64,000 nucleotides of DNA from Candidatus Fermentithermobacillaceae bacterium DTU015 (GTDB taxonomy: Bacteria; Bacillota; Sulfobacillia; Fermentithermobacillales; Fermentithermobacillaceae). Both the position numbers and the translations under genes were made by a program. The DNA lies in contig LFST01000046.1 of the NCBI GenBank assembly GCA_001513185.1, positions 82,161 to 146,160 of the forward strand, in the 5' to 3' direction. Below the pieces are notes generated by a model. That model worked only from the letters and a program-made list of their open reading frames with translations, made no database searches and was not told the origin of the DNA. Shown in pieces: positions 37,495-47,693 of the stretch (position 1 is its first letter; the number at the start of each line of letters is the position of its first letter).

Positions 37495-38472
37495 ATGGGA
37501 GACAGACTACTGGTAACACCACCACCGCATGTGAAGAGTGCCAAGACGGTGCAGGGAATTATGCTGGATGTGGTAATAGCCCTCTGCCCAGCTGCGATAG
37601 CCGGCATTGTACTGTTTGGGTTCAGGGCGGCGCTGATCATACTTGCTTCAGTGGTTTCTGCGGTAGCTTCAGAAGCTATCTACCAGAGAGCGGTCAAGAA
37701 GCAAGTCACAATCAACGATTTTTCCGCGGTGATCACGGGATTGCTGTTGGCGTTGACACTCCCGCCAAATGTGCCTGTGTGGATCCCGGTCATAGGGGCT
37801 GCGTTTGCGATTGTGGTTGTGAAACAGCTTTTCGGCGGTTTGGGGAACAACTTCCTCAACCCTGCCCTGGCTGCCAGGGCGTTCTTGCTTGCCGCGTGGC
37901 CCTTGCACATGACCCAGGATTGGGTCAATCCCATGAGCTATGACGCAGCAACATCTGCAACGCCTCTTGCCGGGTTCAATGCCACGGGGCAGACTGCATT
38001 GACGTTTAAGGAAATGCTGCTTGGTCAAAGGCTCGGCTCTATTGGAGAGACTTGCATACTGGCGCTCTTGCTGGGTGGGATATACCTGCTCGCCAGGGAT
38101 GTAATAGACTACAGGACCCCCTTGGGTTACCTGGGTACCCTGGCTGTAGGCACGTGGATTTTCGGTAAGCCCGGAGAGCTTTTCCAGGGCAATCCGCTAA
38201 GCGCCATCTTCCTGGGCGGGGCCTTTATCGGTGCGTTTTTCATGGCCACCGACTACGTGACCTCACCTGTCACCCCGAGGGGCAGGTTGTACATGGGAAT
38301 AGGCTGCGGCTTGATCACCCTGGTAATTAGGCTTTGGGGCGGCTATCCTGAAGGGGTCACTTACGCGATCTTGTTCATGAATCTTGTTACGCCGCTGATT
38401 GATAAGTACGTAGTGCCGAGGTATTACGGTTCTGGCCATGACAAAATGGCCCGTAAAGGCGGCGGGAGGTGA
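37495..38472 (+). CDS. rnfD: Rnf complex subunit D
   Basis: PPH, KQLFGGLGNNFLNPA, flavinylation site TSATPL, GSIGET, FFMATDYVTSP, GYPEG. Confidence 0.95.
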   Translation: MGDRLLVTPPPHVKSAKTVQGIMLDVVIALCPAAIAGIVLFGFRAALIILASVVSAVASEAIYQRAVKKQVTINDFSAVITGLLLALTLPPNVPVWIPVIGAAFAIVVVKQLFGGLGNNFLNPALAARAFLLAAWPLHMTQDWVNPMSYDAATSATPLAGFNATGQTALTFKEMLLGQRLGSIGETCILALLLGGIYLLARDVIDYRTPLGYLGTLAVGTWIFGKPGELFQGNPLSAIFLGGAFIGAFFMATDYVTSPVTPRGRLYMGIGCGLITLVIRLWGGYPEGVTYAILFMNLVTPLIDKYVVPRYYGSGHDKMARKGGGR

Positions 38473-38478
38473 AACCAG

Positions 38479-39126
38479 ATGAACGAAAAGCGAGCATCTC
38501 TCGGTTATGACTTTATCAAGGGATTCATAAAGGAAAATCCGACGTTTGCCCTGGCGGTAGGCATGTGTCCTACTCTGGCGGTTACAACGTCTTTGGTTAA
38601 CGGGTTTTGGATGGGTATTGCGGTAATCTTTGTGCTTACCTTTTCCAACGTGTTTGTGTCTTTGTTGCGGAAAGTCATCCCTGATGAAATCCGCGTGCCC
38701 ATCTTTATCATTTTGATTGCAACTCCCGTTGTGATAGTGGAATTGGTGATGAAGGCGTACATGCCTGCGATGTATAACATCTTGGGCATTTTCGTACCGC
38801 TCATAGTGGTTAACTGTATAATTTTGCATCGGGCAGAGTCTTTCGCGCATAAGAACCCGATATTGAACTCGGTAATGGATGCCCTGGGATCAGGGATGGC
38901 TTTTACCCTTAACCTGATGGTTATCGGCGCTATACGGGAATTCCTGGGGACTGGCCAGCTTGCCATTGGAAGCCTTGTATTTCCCAAAGCTCCCTTGTTT
39001 GAGCCTGCAGTAGTGATGCTTACGCCTCCTGGCGGGTTCATAACGCTGGGAGTGCTGATGGCTTTGCTCAACATCGTTGTAGCCCGGGCAGGCAAGCGCA
39101 AGCAAACCGAGTCCCCCAGGGGTTAA
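38479..39126 (+). CDS. rnfE: Rnf complex subunit E
   Basis: ENP....GMCPTLAVT, PLIVVNC, RE.LG.G, PPGGF. Confidence 0.95.
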   Translation: MNEKRASLGYDFIKGFIKENPTFALAVGMCPTLAVTTSLVNGFWMGIAVIFVLTFSNVFVSLLRKVIPDEIRVPIFIILIATPVVIVELVMKAYMPAMYNILGIFVPLIVVNCIILHRAESFAHKNPILNSVMDALGSGMAFTLNLMVIGAIREFLGTGQLAIGSLVFPKAPLFEPAVVMLTPPGGFITLGVLMALLNIVVARAGKRKQTESPRG

Positions 39127-39153
39127 GGCGGCAGCCGGAAGGAGTGAATATGC

Positions 39154-39741
39154 ATGGAAGTGCTGGGTATAATTCTGGCAGGCGTGCTAATAAATAACTT
39201 TGTCTTTATGCAGTATCTGGGGATATGCCCGTTCTTGGGGGTTTCAAAAAACCTGGATATGGCTACAGGTATGTCAGGCGCAGTGATTTTTGTCATGACC
39301 CTTGCCTCAGCGGTGACCGCTGTGCTTGAACAGTACGTGCTGAAACCTATGGAACTGGAATACTTGCGGACGATTGCATATATCCTGGTGATTGCTTCGT
39401 TCGTGCAATTGGTGGAAATATTCATGAAGAAGACCTTACCAGGCTTGTATCAGGCCTTGGGAATATATCTTCCCCTTATTACCACCAACTGCGCCGTGTT
39501 GGGTGCTGCTATGCTTAATGTCACCAAATCATACGGGGTGGCGTTGAGTACCCTTAATGGATTCGCAGGAGCCCTTGGTTGGAGTCTTGCGATAATAATC
39601 TTCGCGGGGATACGTGAAAGGTGGAAGCTCATGGATATTCCTGCCACTCTGGACGGCTTCCCGCTTGCCCTGATCTCAACCGGGCTCATGTCCCTTGCGT
39701 TCCTGGGTTTTTCAGGGCTGTTTAGCAACTTGGTAAAGTAG
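39154..39741 (+). CDS. rnfA: Rnf complex subunit A
   Basis: NNFV..QYLGICPFLGVS, PLITTNCAVLG, GLMSLAF.GF. Confidence 0.95.
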   Translation: MEVLGIILAGVLINNFVFMQYLGICPFLGVSKNLDMATGMSGAVIFVMTLASAVTAVLEQYVLKPMELEYLRTIAYILVIASFVQLVEIFMKKTLPGLYQALGIYLPLITTNCAVLGAAMLNVTKSYGVALSTLNGFAGALGWSLAIIIFAGIRERWKLMDIPATLDGFPLALISTGLMSLAFLGFSGLFSNLVK

Positions 39742-39753
39742 GGAGGGAGCGAG

Positions 39754-40566
39754 ATGTTGTCTGCGGTTTTGACATTGGGCATAGCGGGGCTTGTGTTTGG
39801 AGGCTTCCTGGCTTTGGCCGCCCAGAGGTTTAAGGTAGAAGAAGATCCCAGAGTGGCTGAAATCCTTGCGGCGCTACCCGGAGCCAACTGCGGGGCGTGC
39901 GGTTTCCCCGGATGCGCGGGTTTGGCTGAGGCGGTAGCCAGGGGCGAAGCTCCCTGCAACGCCTGCATACCAGGGGGAGACGCAGTTGCAGAGAAGCTGG
40001 CTTCTATCATGGGTATGGCCTGCGAAGCGGTTGAGCCCATGAAGGCCGTAGTATATTGCCAGGGGGACAATGATCGTGCCCAGATAGCGGCAGAGTACCA
40101 TGGGGTCGAAGACTGTCATGCCCTGCACCAGCTAGGCGGCTCAAAGACATGCCCTTATGGGTGCCTTGGGCTTGGAACCTGCGTGAGGGCGTGTCCTTTT
40201 GACGCCATGTATATGGCGCCCAACGGGTTGCCCGTTGTTATCGAGGAAAAGTGCACCGGCTGCGGGGCATGTGTAAGGGCGTGCCCTCGGGACGTGATCG
40301 ACTTGGTACCTGCCGACAAACAGGTGCACATCCTTTGCAAGTCCTACGACAAAGGGGCTCAGGTCCGGAAGTATTGCCAGGTAGGCTGCATTGCATGCCG
40401 TATCTGCGTCAGGGCATGTCCCCAGAAGGCGATATCTATGGATAAGGACACTTTGGCAGTGATCGATTACTCCCTGTGCGACAATTGTGGGATTTGCGCC
40501 ACCAAGTGTCCAATGAAGACTATAGTAGACAGGCAACAACCAAAGGAAGACAAACAAGCTTCTTAG
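39754..40566 (+). CDS. rnfB: Rnf complex subunit B (polyferredoxin)
   Basis: N-terminal TM, LPGANCGACGFPGC, multiple CxxCxxCxxxCP motifs. Confidence 0.95.
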   Translation: MLSAVLTLGIAGLVFGGFLALAAQRFKVEEDPRVAEILAALPGANCGACGFPGCAGLAEAVARGEAPCNACIPGGDAVAEKLASIMGMACEAVEPMKAVVYCQGDNDRAQIAAEYHGVEDCHALHQLGGSKTCPYGCLGLGTCVRACPFDAMYMAPNGLPVVIEEKCTGCGACVRACPRDVIDLVPADKQVHILCKSYDKGAQVRKYCQVGCIACRICVRACPQKAISMDKDTLAVIDYSLCDNCGICATKCPMKTIVDRQQPKEDKQAS

Positions 40567-40635
40567 GAGCTTGCCTTGTCCTGGGCTGTGCCAATCTATA
40601 CCCTCTAAAGGGATTTGGTGCCTAGGAGGTAAGAC

Positions 40636-41679
40636 GTGTCAAAGCAGGGTGACAGACGAAATAGCAGCGCTGCCTGGAATAAGCGGATCCTCTTCAGGCT
40701 TGTTCCGGCGGTGCTGCTTTTTGCTTTGAGCGGCTGTTGGCTTATTGGTGGCACGGGCGAACCTGTTGAAAAGCAGGTGTTCGACATAATGGATACAGAT
40801 GTGAGCGTGAGAGCCTACGGCCCCAATGCTGAACAAGCCATTGAACAGGCAATAGATGAAATCAGGCGGCTTGATTTGCTGCTCAGCGCGTATAACCCTG
40901 ATTCTGAAGTGTCGGCGATAAACCAGATGGCAGGGGAAGCCCCCGTCAAGGTATCACACGATACCCTGGAGGTGATCGCAAGAGCCCTCTACTTCGCCGA
41001 GATTTCCGGAGGCGTGTTTGATCCCACTATCTTGCCTGTTTCCAGGCTGTGGTCTGCAGCCCGGGAACAAAAGCAGGTGCCCTCCGGGGAAGATATAGCA
41101 GCTGCCCTCGAGTTGGTAGATTACACCCAGGTGCAGATCGATATGGATGAAGCTACTGTGTTTCTCCCTAAGACAGGGATGGGCCTGGACCTGGGTGCCA
41201 TAGCCAAGGGATATGCTGTCGACAAGATGGCCCAGATACTCAGAGACGCAGGCGTGGAATCATTCCTCATCAATGCCGGAGGGAATGTTTATGCAGGGGG
41301 CAGGAAGCCCGACGGTTCCCTGTGGCGGGTGGGGGTCACTGATCCCAGGGACCCTGGGGATATCATCGGTGTGATGGCTGCAGAAGACATGTCGGTGGTA
41401 AGTTCAGGCGATTACAGGAGGTATTTTGTAGCAGACGGCATCAGGTACCACCATATCATAGATCCCAGGACAGGGTATCCTGCCAGCATCTGCCGCGGAA
41501 CCACGGTATTTATCCCTTCGTCTACAGATGCAGACGCCCTATCCACCATTATGTTTATACTCGGGCCCGATGACGGCCAGGCCGTCTTGGAGCACTTCCC
41601 CGGTGCGGGAGTTATCTACGTCACCCAAGACGGGAGCATTGTCACCGAAGGGCTTGTTGACGGGTTTGAGTTCAAATAG
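40636..41679 (+). CDS. apbE: FAD:protein FMN transferase ApbE (lipoprotein)
   Basis: Lipobox LSGC, FDPTI, DLGAIAKGY, SSGDY, YHHIIDPRTGYP, ADALST. Confidence 0.93.
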   Translation: MSKQGDRRNSSAAWNKRILFRLVPAVLLFALSGCWLIGGTGEPVEKQVFDIMDTDVSVRAYGPNAEQAIEQAIDEIRRLDLLLSAYNPDSEVSAINQMAGEAPVKVSHDTLEVIARALYFAEISGGVFDPTILPVSRLWSAAREQKQVPSGEDIAAALELVDYTQVQIDMDEATVFLPKTGMGLDLGAIAKGYAVDKMAQILRDAGVESFLINAGGNVYAGGRKPDGSLWRVGVTDPRDPGDIIGVMAAEDMSVVSSGDYRRYFVADGIRYHHIIDPRTGYPASICRGTTVFIPSSTDADALSTIMFILGPDDGQAVLEHFPGAGVIYVTQDGSIVTEGLVDGFEFK

Positions 41680-41734
41680 TATTGCAGGTAAGATAGATTT
41701 TGTAGAGTTTGAGCGGGTATAAGTTGGGAGGAAT

Positions 41735-41986
41735 ATGGCCATGAGGAGACAGTCCCGCACCTGGGTGTTGTTTATAGCCTTACTTGCCGGGGCAATCGTA
41801 GGCAGCGTTATAGGCGAGGTGCTTTCAGATGTGGCACCTATTCTGTCCAGGGGGTTTTCCATAGGGTTGCAACCGCCTTTCCATCTGGACCTCAATGTGG
41901 TTTCACTCACCTTCGGGTTTAACATCCGTCTCAACCTGGCAGGGGCAATACTTGTGCTGTTGCTGGTACTGATGCTTGGCAGGTGA
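41735..41986 (+). CDS. DUF4321-like small membrane protein
   Basis: Two hydrophobic segments with LDLNVVSLTFG..I.LN; typical position upstream of maf. Confidence 0.75.
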   Translation: MAMRRQSRTWVLFIALLAGAIVGSVIGEVLSDVAPILSRGFSIGLQPPFHLDLNVVSLTFGFNIRLNLAGAILVLLLVLMLGR

Positions 41987-42582
41987 ACTATTTGAGGTTA
42001 GTGCTTGCATCCCGGTCTCCCCGGAGGAAGGCCCTGCTGGAAGCTATAGGGATTGAGCCGCTGGTGGTGCCCTCTAAGTTCGATGAATCCCGGTTTGACC
42101 CAAGCGATATGAGTCCCCGGGAGCTGGCCATGGCCTTGGCCAGGGGGAAGACGGCTGCAGTAGCCCGGGAATACCCGGACGATGTGGTGCTGGGCGCCGA
42201 TACCATCGTGGTGCTGGACGGAAAGATGCTGGGCAAGCCTGCGACCCCCACTGAAGCTGCACAAATGCTGGAGCACCTTTCAGGAAACACCCATGAGGTT
42301 TACACCGGCATTGCACTCTATGAGCCCAAATCAGGGCAGGTGTTTTGCGATGTGGCCCGCACTCTTGTGACCATGCGACACATGGAGCCCCATGAGATCG
42401 AATGGTATGTGGGTACCGGCGAGCCCATGGACAAGGCCGGCGGCTATGGAATCCAAGGCAAGGCTGCCTTGTTTGTCACCGGCATAAATGGGGATTATAC
42501 TGGTGTAATAGGGCTGCCATTATCGAAATTTTATGAGATACTTAAGAGGGCCGGACTCTTGATTACAAACTTTTTGGTTTAG
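41983..42582 (+). CDS. maf: Maf nucleoside-triphosphate pyrophosphatase
   Basis: LASRSPRR, GADT, GKP, DKAGGYGIQ, GLP. Confidence 0.95.
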   Translation: MNYLRLVLASRSPRRKALLEAIGIEPLVVPSKFDESRFDPSDMSPRELAMALARGKTAAVAREYPDDVVLGADTIVVLDGKMLGKPATPTEAAQMLEHLSGNTHEVYTGIALYEPKSGQVFCDVARTLVTMRHMEPHEIEWYVGTGEPMDKAGGYGIQGKAALFVTGINGDYTGVIGLPLSKFYEILKRAGLLITNFLV

Positions 42583-42668
42583 TGTATATTGAAAGATACA
42601 TAAGATATCATGTTTGGGGTTGGCTGCGAAGGGGAATATAGAAGGAGGTAGTCATAACCCTGAACAGA

Positions 42669-43376
42669 TTGACTATAAAGGATTGGCCCGAGCATGAGAA
42701 GCCCAGGGAGAGACTGTTCAGAGTGGGGGCTCAGGCTCTGTCCGATGCTGAACTGCTTGCGATCTTGCTGGGCACTGGGAATAAGACGGATACAGCGCTC
42801 GATCTAGCCAAGCAGTTGTTACATTGGGGTGAGGCAAACTACGGTCCCGGGCTTGGTTTCCTGAAAGAAGCTTCTAAGCAAGAACTTATGTGCCTATCAG
42901 GAATTGGTATGGCCAAAGCCGCCAGACTCAAAGCGTGCGTTGAGATTCACAGGCGGTTGCAGCAGTCAGGACAGCATCTTATGCCGCGGATTGAAATAAG
43001 CTGCGGGCGCGACGTGTACGAGCTGTTGAAGGCCGACATGGAGCAACTGGACAGGGAGCAAGTCTGGATCCTGATGCTCAATGTGAGAAATCACCTCATC
43101 CACCGGGAAGTAATATCTGTCGGGAGTCTGGACACGTCGATCGTACATCCGAGAGAAATATTCAAGAATTGCATAAAGCGGAGCGCGGCTGCCGTTATTA
43201 TTGCCCATAACCATCCCAGCGGTGATGCGGCACCGAGCGACGACGATATAAGGATGACAAAAAGAATAATTGAAGCAGGGAAAATCGTGGGGATTACCGT
43301 GTTGGACCATGTGATCATAGGGCGTGGTGAGTACATCAGCCTGAGAGAGTCTTTTGCAGGGTGGTTTACTTGGTAA
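42669..43376 (+). CDS. radC: RadC family (JAB domain) protein
   Basis: PRERL, LSDAELLAILL, VHPREIF, HNHPSGD..PS..D, LDHVIIG. Confidence 0.95.
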   Translation: MTIKDWPEHEKPRERLFRVGAQALSDAELLAILLGTGNKTDTALDLAKQLLHWGEANYGPGLGFLKEASKQELMCLSGIGMAKAARLKACVEIHRRLQQSGQHLMPRIEISCGRDVYELLKADMEQLDREQVWILMLNVRNHLIHREVISVGSLDTSIVHPREIFKNCIKRSAAAVIIAHNHPSGDAAPSDDDIRMTKRIIEAGKIVGITVLDHVIIGRGEYISLRESFAGWFTW

Positions 43377-43414
43377 GTCCTGACGGTTTGTAACTTAGAG
43401 GGGAGTGGCAGAAG

Positions 43415-44440
43415 GTGCAATGGCTTTTCAACTATATTACCAGGGATATTGCCATAGATCTGGGGACCGCTAACACCTTGGTACATCTCAGGGGCAAGGG
43501 TATTGTGCTGGTTGAACCCTCGGTGGTTGCCATCCATGCAGAGACCAAGGAACTGCTCGCCGTCGGCACTGAGGCAAAGCAGATGATCGGACGGACCCCT
43601 GGTAATATAATCGCTATCAGGCCTATGAAAGACGGAGTTATCGCCGATTTTGACGTAACCCAGACCATGATGCACCACTTCATCAGGAAGGCTTACCGGC
43701 GTGGGCTGCTCAAGCCCAGGGTTATCGTGGCCGTTCCGTCGGGCTGCACTGAAGTCGAAAGAAGGGCCGTGTTGGATGCGGTGCTCAGGGCAGGCGCCAG
43801 GGAAGCTTATACCATCGAAGAGCCCATGGCTGCAGCTATCGGTGCAGGGCTGCCCGTGGATGAACCTACAGGCAACATGATTGTGGACATCGGCGGCGGA
43901 ACAAGCGAAGTGGCTGTGATCTCCCTGGAAGGGATCGTAGCTTCCAGGTCAATCAGGGTAGGCGGGGACGAAATGGATGAAGCGGTGGTCAACTACGTAA
44001 AACGCGCTTACAACCTGCTCATAGGCGAACGCACCGCTGAGGAAGTAAAAACCACCATTGGATCTGCCTACGAGCTTGAGCAAGAACAGACCATGGAAAT
44101 CAGAGGCCGGGATCTGGTCACAGGCCTGCCCAGGACCATCAGCGTCGACTCACGGGAAATACGGAAAGCCCTGTCTGAGCCGGTGAACGCTATTTTAGAA
44201 GCTGTTAAAGAAACCCTCGAGAGCACTCCCCCTGAACTTGCTGCGGATATTATGGATCGGGGAATCGTCATGACAGGCGGCGGGTCAATGCTCAAAGGGC
44301 TGGATAAGCTCATCAGCCAGGAAACGGGCATGCCTGTCCATACAGTGGACGAGCCGATGTACGCAGTGGTAAGAGGGGCTGGAAAAGCCTTGGAAGAGAT
44401 TGATACTCTGAGAAAAGTGCTGGCTTCTTCCAAGCGTTGA
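43415..44440 (+). CDS. mreB: Rod shape-determining protein MreB
   Basis: [35 protein letters not shown]. Confidence 0.97.
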   Translation: MQWLFNYITRDIAIDLGTANTLVHLRGKGIVLVEPSVVAIHAETKELLAVGTEAKQMIGRTPGNIIAIRPMKDGVIADFDVTQTMMHHFIRKAYRRGLLKPRVIVAVPSGCTEVERRAVLDAVLRAGAREAYTIEEPMAAAIGAGLPVDEPTGNMIVDIGGGTSEVAVISLEGIVASRSIRVGGDEMDEAVVNYVKRAYNLLIGERTAEEVKTTIGSAYELEQEQTMEIRGRDLVTGLPRTISVDSREIRKALSEPVNAILEAVKETLESTPPELAADIMDRGIVMTGGGSMLKGLDKLISQETGMPVHTVDEPMYAVVRGAGKALEEIDTLRKVLASSKR

Positions 44441-44460
44441 AAGAGGAAGGATGACTTTCT

Positions 44461-45273
44461 TTGAGGCGGCTGTTTCCGTATAAGAAGCTCATAACCCTTA
44501 TACTTCTTGTAGCCGCCTCAGTATTTTTGATGAACATTACCGGGAGTTCCGGGGACAACCCCTCCTTATGGGAAAAACTCTTGTGGAAAGGGATGCAGCC
44601 GTTTCTTGGAGGTTTCCTGGCCGTCAAGCACAAGTTTGACGAGTACAGCGTATTGTTCCAGCAAAAAGAAGCCCTCTTGGAAGAAAACCGGGAGCTCAAG
44701 AGCCGGTTAGATTCGCTTGAGTCCCTGCTTATCCGCCTTAAGGAGATTGAAACCGAAAACCAGCGGCTCAAGGAACTCCTGGGATTCAGGGAACAGCTTG
44801 AGCAGGAGTACAAGGCAGCCGATGTCATAGGGCGGAGCCCGAGCAAATGGTTTTCAACCATAACCATTTCTCTTGGCAGCGAAGACGGCGTAACGGTGGA
44901 TGCGCCTGTGATTTCAAGGAAGGGGCTGGTGGGCAGGGTGCTAAAGCTTGATGCCCGCAGCGCCCAGGTGTTGTTGCTCACTGACCCGGAAAGCGGGGTA
45001 GGGGCCCTGATATCAAGGTCCAGGGACTACGGGGTGGTAGTCGGAGGGAGCGGCCCGGACACTCTGGTAATGCGGTTCTTTTCCAAGGATGCTGATGTCC
45101 GTCCTGGGGATCAGGTGCTTACTTCAGGTGTGGGGAGCGTGTATCCGGAAGGATTGGTTATAGGGGAGGTTGCCGAGGTTTACGTGCCCCAACCGGGACT
45201 GGTGAAAGAGTGTTACGTAAAGCCTGCGGTTGATTTCGCACACCTGGAAGAAGTGCTAGTGATGATCAGATGA
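44461..45273 (+). CDS. mreC: Rod shape-determining protein MreC
   Basis: TM plus coiled coil, ENQRLKELL, GLVGRV, TSG.G..YP.G. Confidence 0.92.
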   Translation: MRRLFPYKKLITLILLVAASVFLMNITGSSGDNPSLWEKLLWKGMQPFLGGFLAVKHKFDEYSVLFQQKEALLEENRELKSRLDSLESLLIRLKEIETENQRLKELLGFREQLEQEYKAADVIGRSPSKWFSTITISLGSEDGVTVDAPVISRKGLVGRVLKLDARSAQVLLLTDPESGVGALISRSRDYGVVVGGSGPDTLVMRFFSKDADVRPGDQVLTSGVGSVYPEGLVIGEVAEVYVPQPGLVKECYVKPAVDFAHLEEVLVMIR

Positions 45274-45794
45274 ACGGTAAGAGGCTGAGTTTCTTTATCG
45301 CATATGCATTGCTTACGCCGCTAATGCTGCTGGCCCAGTACGTCTACCTGGGAAGTACCACCGGATTGGACTTAGGCGCCGTACTGGCATGTTCTGCCGG
45401 GTGGCTGGTTCCTGTGCCGGCCAGCTGGTTAGCCGGCTTTGGCATAGGGCTCATCCAAGATGTATTTGTAGGGCGGACTCTTGGGTTTTGTGCTTTGTCG
45501 CTATCGTTGGTTGCCATGGTAACATCGTGGGTCCGGCGATTCCTCAATCCGCGGATGCCGTTTGCAGCCAGCATCGCGGCAATGGTCTCCACAGGTATCG
45601 GGGATTGCGTGTCTTACGCTGTGTTGCGGCTAAGCAAGACCCAGCTTGCTTGGGAGTTTTTCCTCAGAGGGATATTGCCCTATAGCTTGATATGGGCGTT
45701 TGCACTGATAATCCCTGTCAACCTTATGGTCAACGGACTGTCGGGGATTATAGCCATGATATGGCCGGACAACAGGGAAAAGGGGTCGGTATAA
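45270..45794 (+). CDS. mreD: Rod shape-determining protein MreD
   Basis: Polytopic membrane protein with GF.IGLIQD motif; lies between mreC and mrdA. Confidence 0.8.
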   Translation: MNGKRLSFFIAYALLTPLMLLAQYVYLGSTTGLDLGAVLACSAGWLVPVPASWLAGFGIGLIQDVFVGRTLGFCALSLSLVAMVTSWVRRFLNPRMPFAASIAAMVSTGIGDCVSYAVLRLSKTQLAWEFFLRGILPYSLIWAFALIIPVNLMVNGLSGIIAMIWPDNREKGSV

Positions 45795-45800
45795 CCAGCC

Positions 45801-47672
45801 ATGAATCTCGGTTATAGAAACAGGGAAAACAGCTCCGGCAATTTGCCTGCCAGGGAACTCAAGCGAATCAGGGATTTCGTCCTCATCGTGATAATCACGT
45901 GTTTTGCCATAATTATTGCCCAGCTGTTTAACCTTCAGATCATCCAAGGTGAGAAGTACCGGGCCCTTTCTGAAAATAACTACATGAGAATCACCCCTAT
46001 CCCTGCCCCGAGAGGAGAGGTATTCGACAGAAACGGGGAGGTACTGGTTACTTCGAGGCCGGCATTTACGGTGTTTTACTGGTACCTTGATGAAAGCGAG
46101 GCTGCAACCACCTTGCCCCGTTTGGCAGAGATTCTAGGGATGGACCTGGCCGAAGTCGAGGAGAAGGTCAAGCGATACGAAGGCAGGTATTTTGAGCCTG
46201 TGCCTATTGCCAGGGATATCCCCCCTGAGACTTACACCAAGATCGTGGAAGATGCCCCTAACCTGCCTGGTGTGTTTATAGACCCCCAGCCCATCCGGTA
46301 CTATCCCCATGATGACCTGCTTAGCACCACCTTAGGGTACGTAGGTGAGATCACCCAGGCCCAGCTGGATGATCCCAGGTGGGAAGGTTACAAAATGGGG
46401 AGTATCGTGGGCCAGCAGGGGCTGGAACTCCATTATGAGGATATCCTCAAGGGGAAAAACGGGGGATACCAGGTAGAGGTGGATTACAGGGGGAGGCCTA
46501 CCGGCAACGTGGGCCCGGGCATCGAACCGCAGCCAGGTAAATCGCTTCAGCTGGAAATTGACCTTGAACTTCAAAAGGCAGTAGAGGATGCGCTAAAAAG
46601 CACCCTGGAGAAAAACCCCGACGCCCAAGGAGCTTCGGTGGTAGTGCTGGATGTCAAGACGGGCGGGGTCTTGGCCATCGCTTCAGTGCCGGGGTTCGAT
46701 CCCAATAGGCTCATCTCAGGGATAAGCGCAAAAGACCTAAACCAGAAAATCACATCAGGGGAATGGCGGTTTGCCAATCTGGCTACTACAGGACTGTACC
46801 CGCCGGGCTCAGCTTTTAAGATTGTCACCGCGGTTGCAGCCCTGGCCGAGGGTAAGACAGACCCCGATGAAGAGATTTTCGACCCTGGCTATCACCCTTC
46901 GGCTCCCACTTTGGTGTGCCACAGGCGGGGTGGGCATGGATATGTCAACCTAGAACGAGCATTGGAAGTGTCTTGCAACACCTACTTCTACGAGATGGGC
47001 AGGCGGCTTGGAGTAGATACCCTCGCTGAATACTGCCGCGCCCTAGGCTTGGGCATGAAGACGGGGATAGATCTGGGCGGCGAAAACTATGGTACCGTGC
47101 CAAGTACCGAATGGAAGGCAAAAGCTTACGGCGAAGGCAGGGTGGCTCAGCCGGAGTTCCTGTTTTCAGAACACATGATGGTAGCCATGGGACAGGCTTT
47201 CCATCTGTACACGCCCATCCAAATGGCTTCGGTAACTCAGGCCATCGCCAACGGCGGGGTAAGGATGAGGCCGAGGCTTGTATCCAAAGTGCTAGACTCA
47301 GAACATAACGTGGTTGAAGAATTCTTGCCGGAAGTAGCCGGTGAGCTTAACGTTGATCCCGGCGTTTTTGATATTGTAAAGGCTGGGATGCTCCGGGTGA
47401 CCAATGAGCCGGGCGGGACTGCATATTGGATCTTCCATGATTGTCCGATAAAGGTATGTGGGAAGACAGGAACTGCCCAAAACCCCCTTGGGGATGACCA
47501 TGCGTGGTTTGTGGGATTTGGGCCTTACGAAAATCCCGAGATTGCCTTGGCTGTGGTTGTAGACCAAGGCGGTTCTGGCTCAGGCGTGGCAGCTCCTATA
47601 GCCAGACAGATATTCGATGCGTATCTGGCGATTTCACAGCCCCAAGAGGCAGAGCACATAACGATGGATTAA
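45801..47672 (+). CDS. mrdA: Penicillin-binding protein 2
   Basis: APRGEVFDRNG, SxxK (SAFK), SxN (SCN), KTG motifs. Confidence 0.93.
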   Translation: MNLGYRNRENSSGNLPARELKRIRDFVLIVIITCFAIIIAQLFNLQIIQGEKYRALSENNYMRITPIPAPRGEVFDRNGEVLVTSRPAFTVFYWYLDESEAATTLPRLAEILGMDLAEVEEKVKRYEGRYFEPVPIARDIPPETYTKIVEDAPNLPGVFIDPQPIRYYPHDDLLSTTLGYVGEITQAQLDDPRWEGYKMGSIVGQQGLELHYEDILKGKNGGYQVEVDYRGRPTGNVGPGIEPQPGKSLQLEIDLELQKAVEDALKSTLEKNPDAQGASVVVLDVKTGGVLAIASVPGFDPNRLISGISAKDLNQKITSGEWRFANLATTGLYPPGSAFKIVTAVAALAEGKTDPDEEIFDPGYHPSAPTLVCHRRGGHGYVNLERALEVSCNTYFYEMGRRLGVDTLAEYCRALGLGMKTGIDLGGENYGTVPSTEWKAKAYGEGRVAQPEFLFSEHMMVAMGQAFHLYTPIQMASVTQAIANGGVRMRPRLVSKVLDSEHNVVEEFLPEVAGELNVDPGVFDIVKAGMLRVTNEPGGTAYWIFHDCPIKVCGKTGTAQNPLGDDHAWFVGFGPYENPEIALAVVVDQGGSGSGVAAPIARQIFDAYLAISQPQEAEHITMD

Positions 47673-47693
47673 CCATGGGGAGGAACACCTAAG

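Noticed and set aside
42669..43376. radC as a mobile-element marker
   Set aside because: Full-length chromosomal type in the standard maf-radC-mreBCD context
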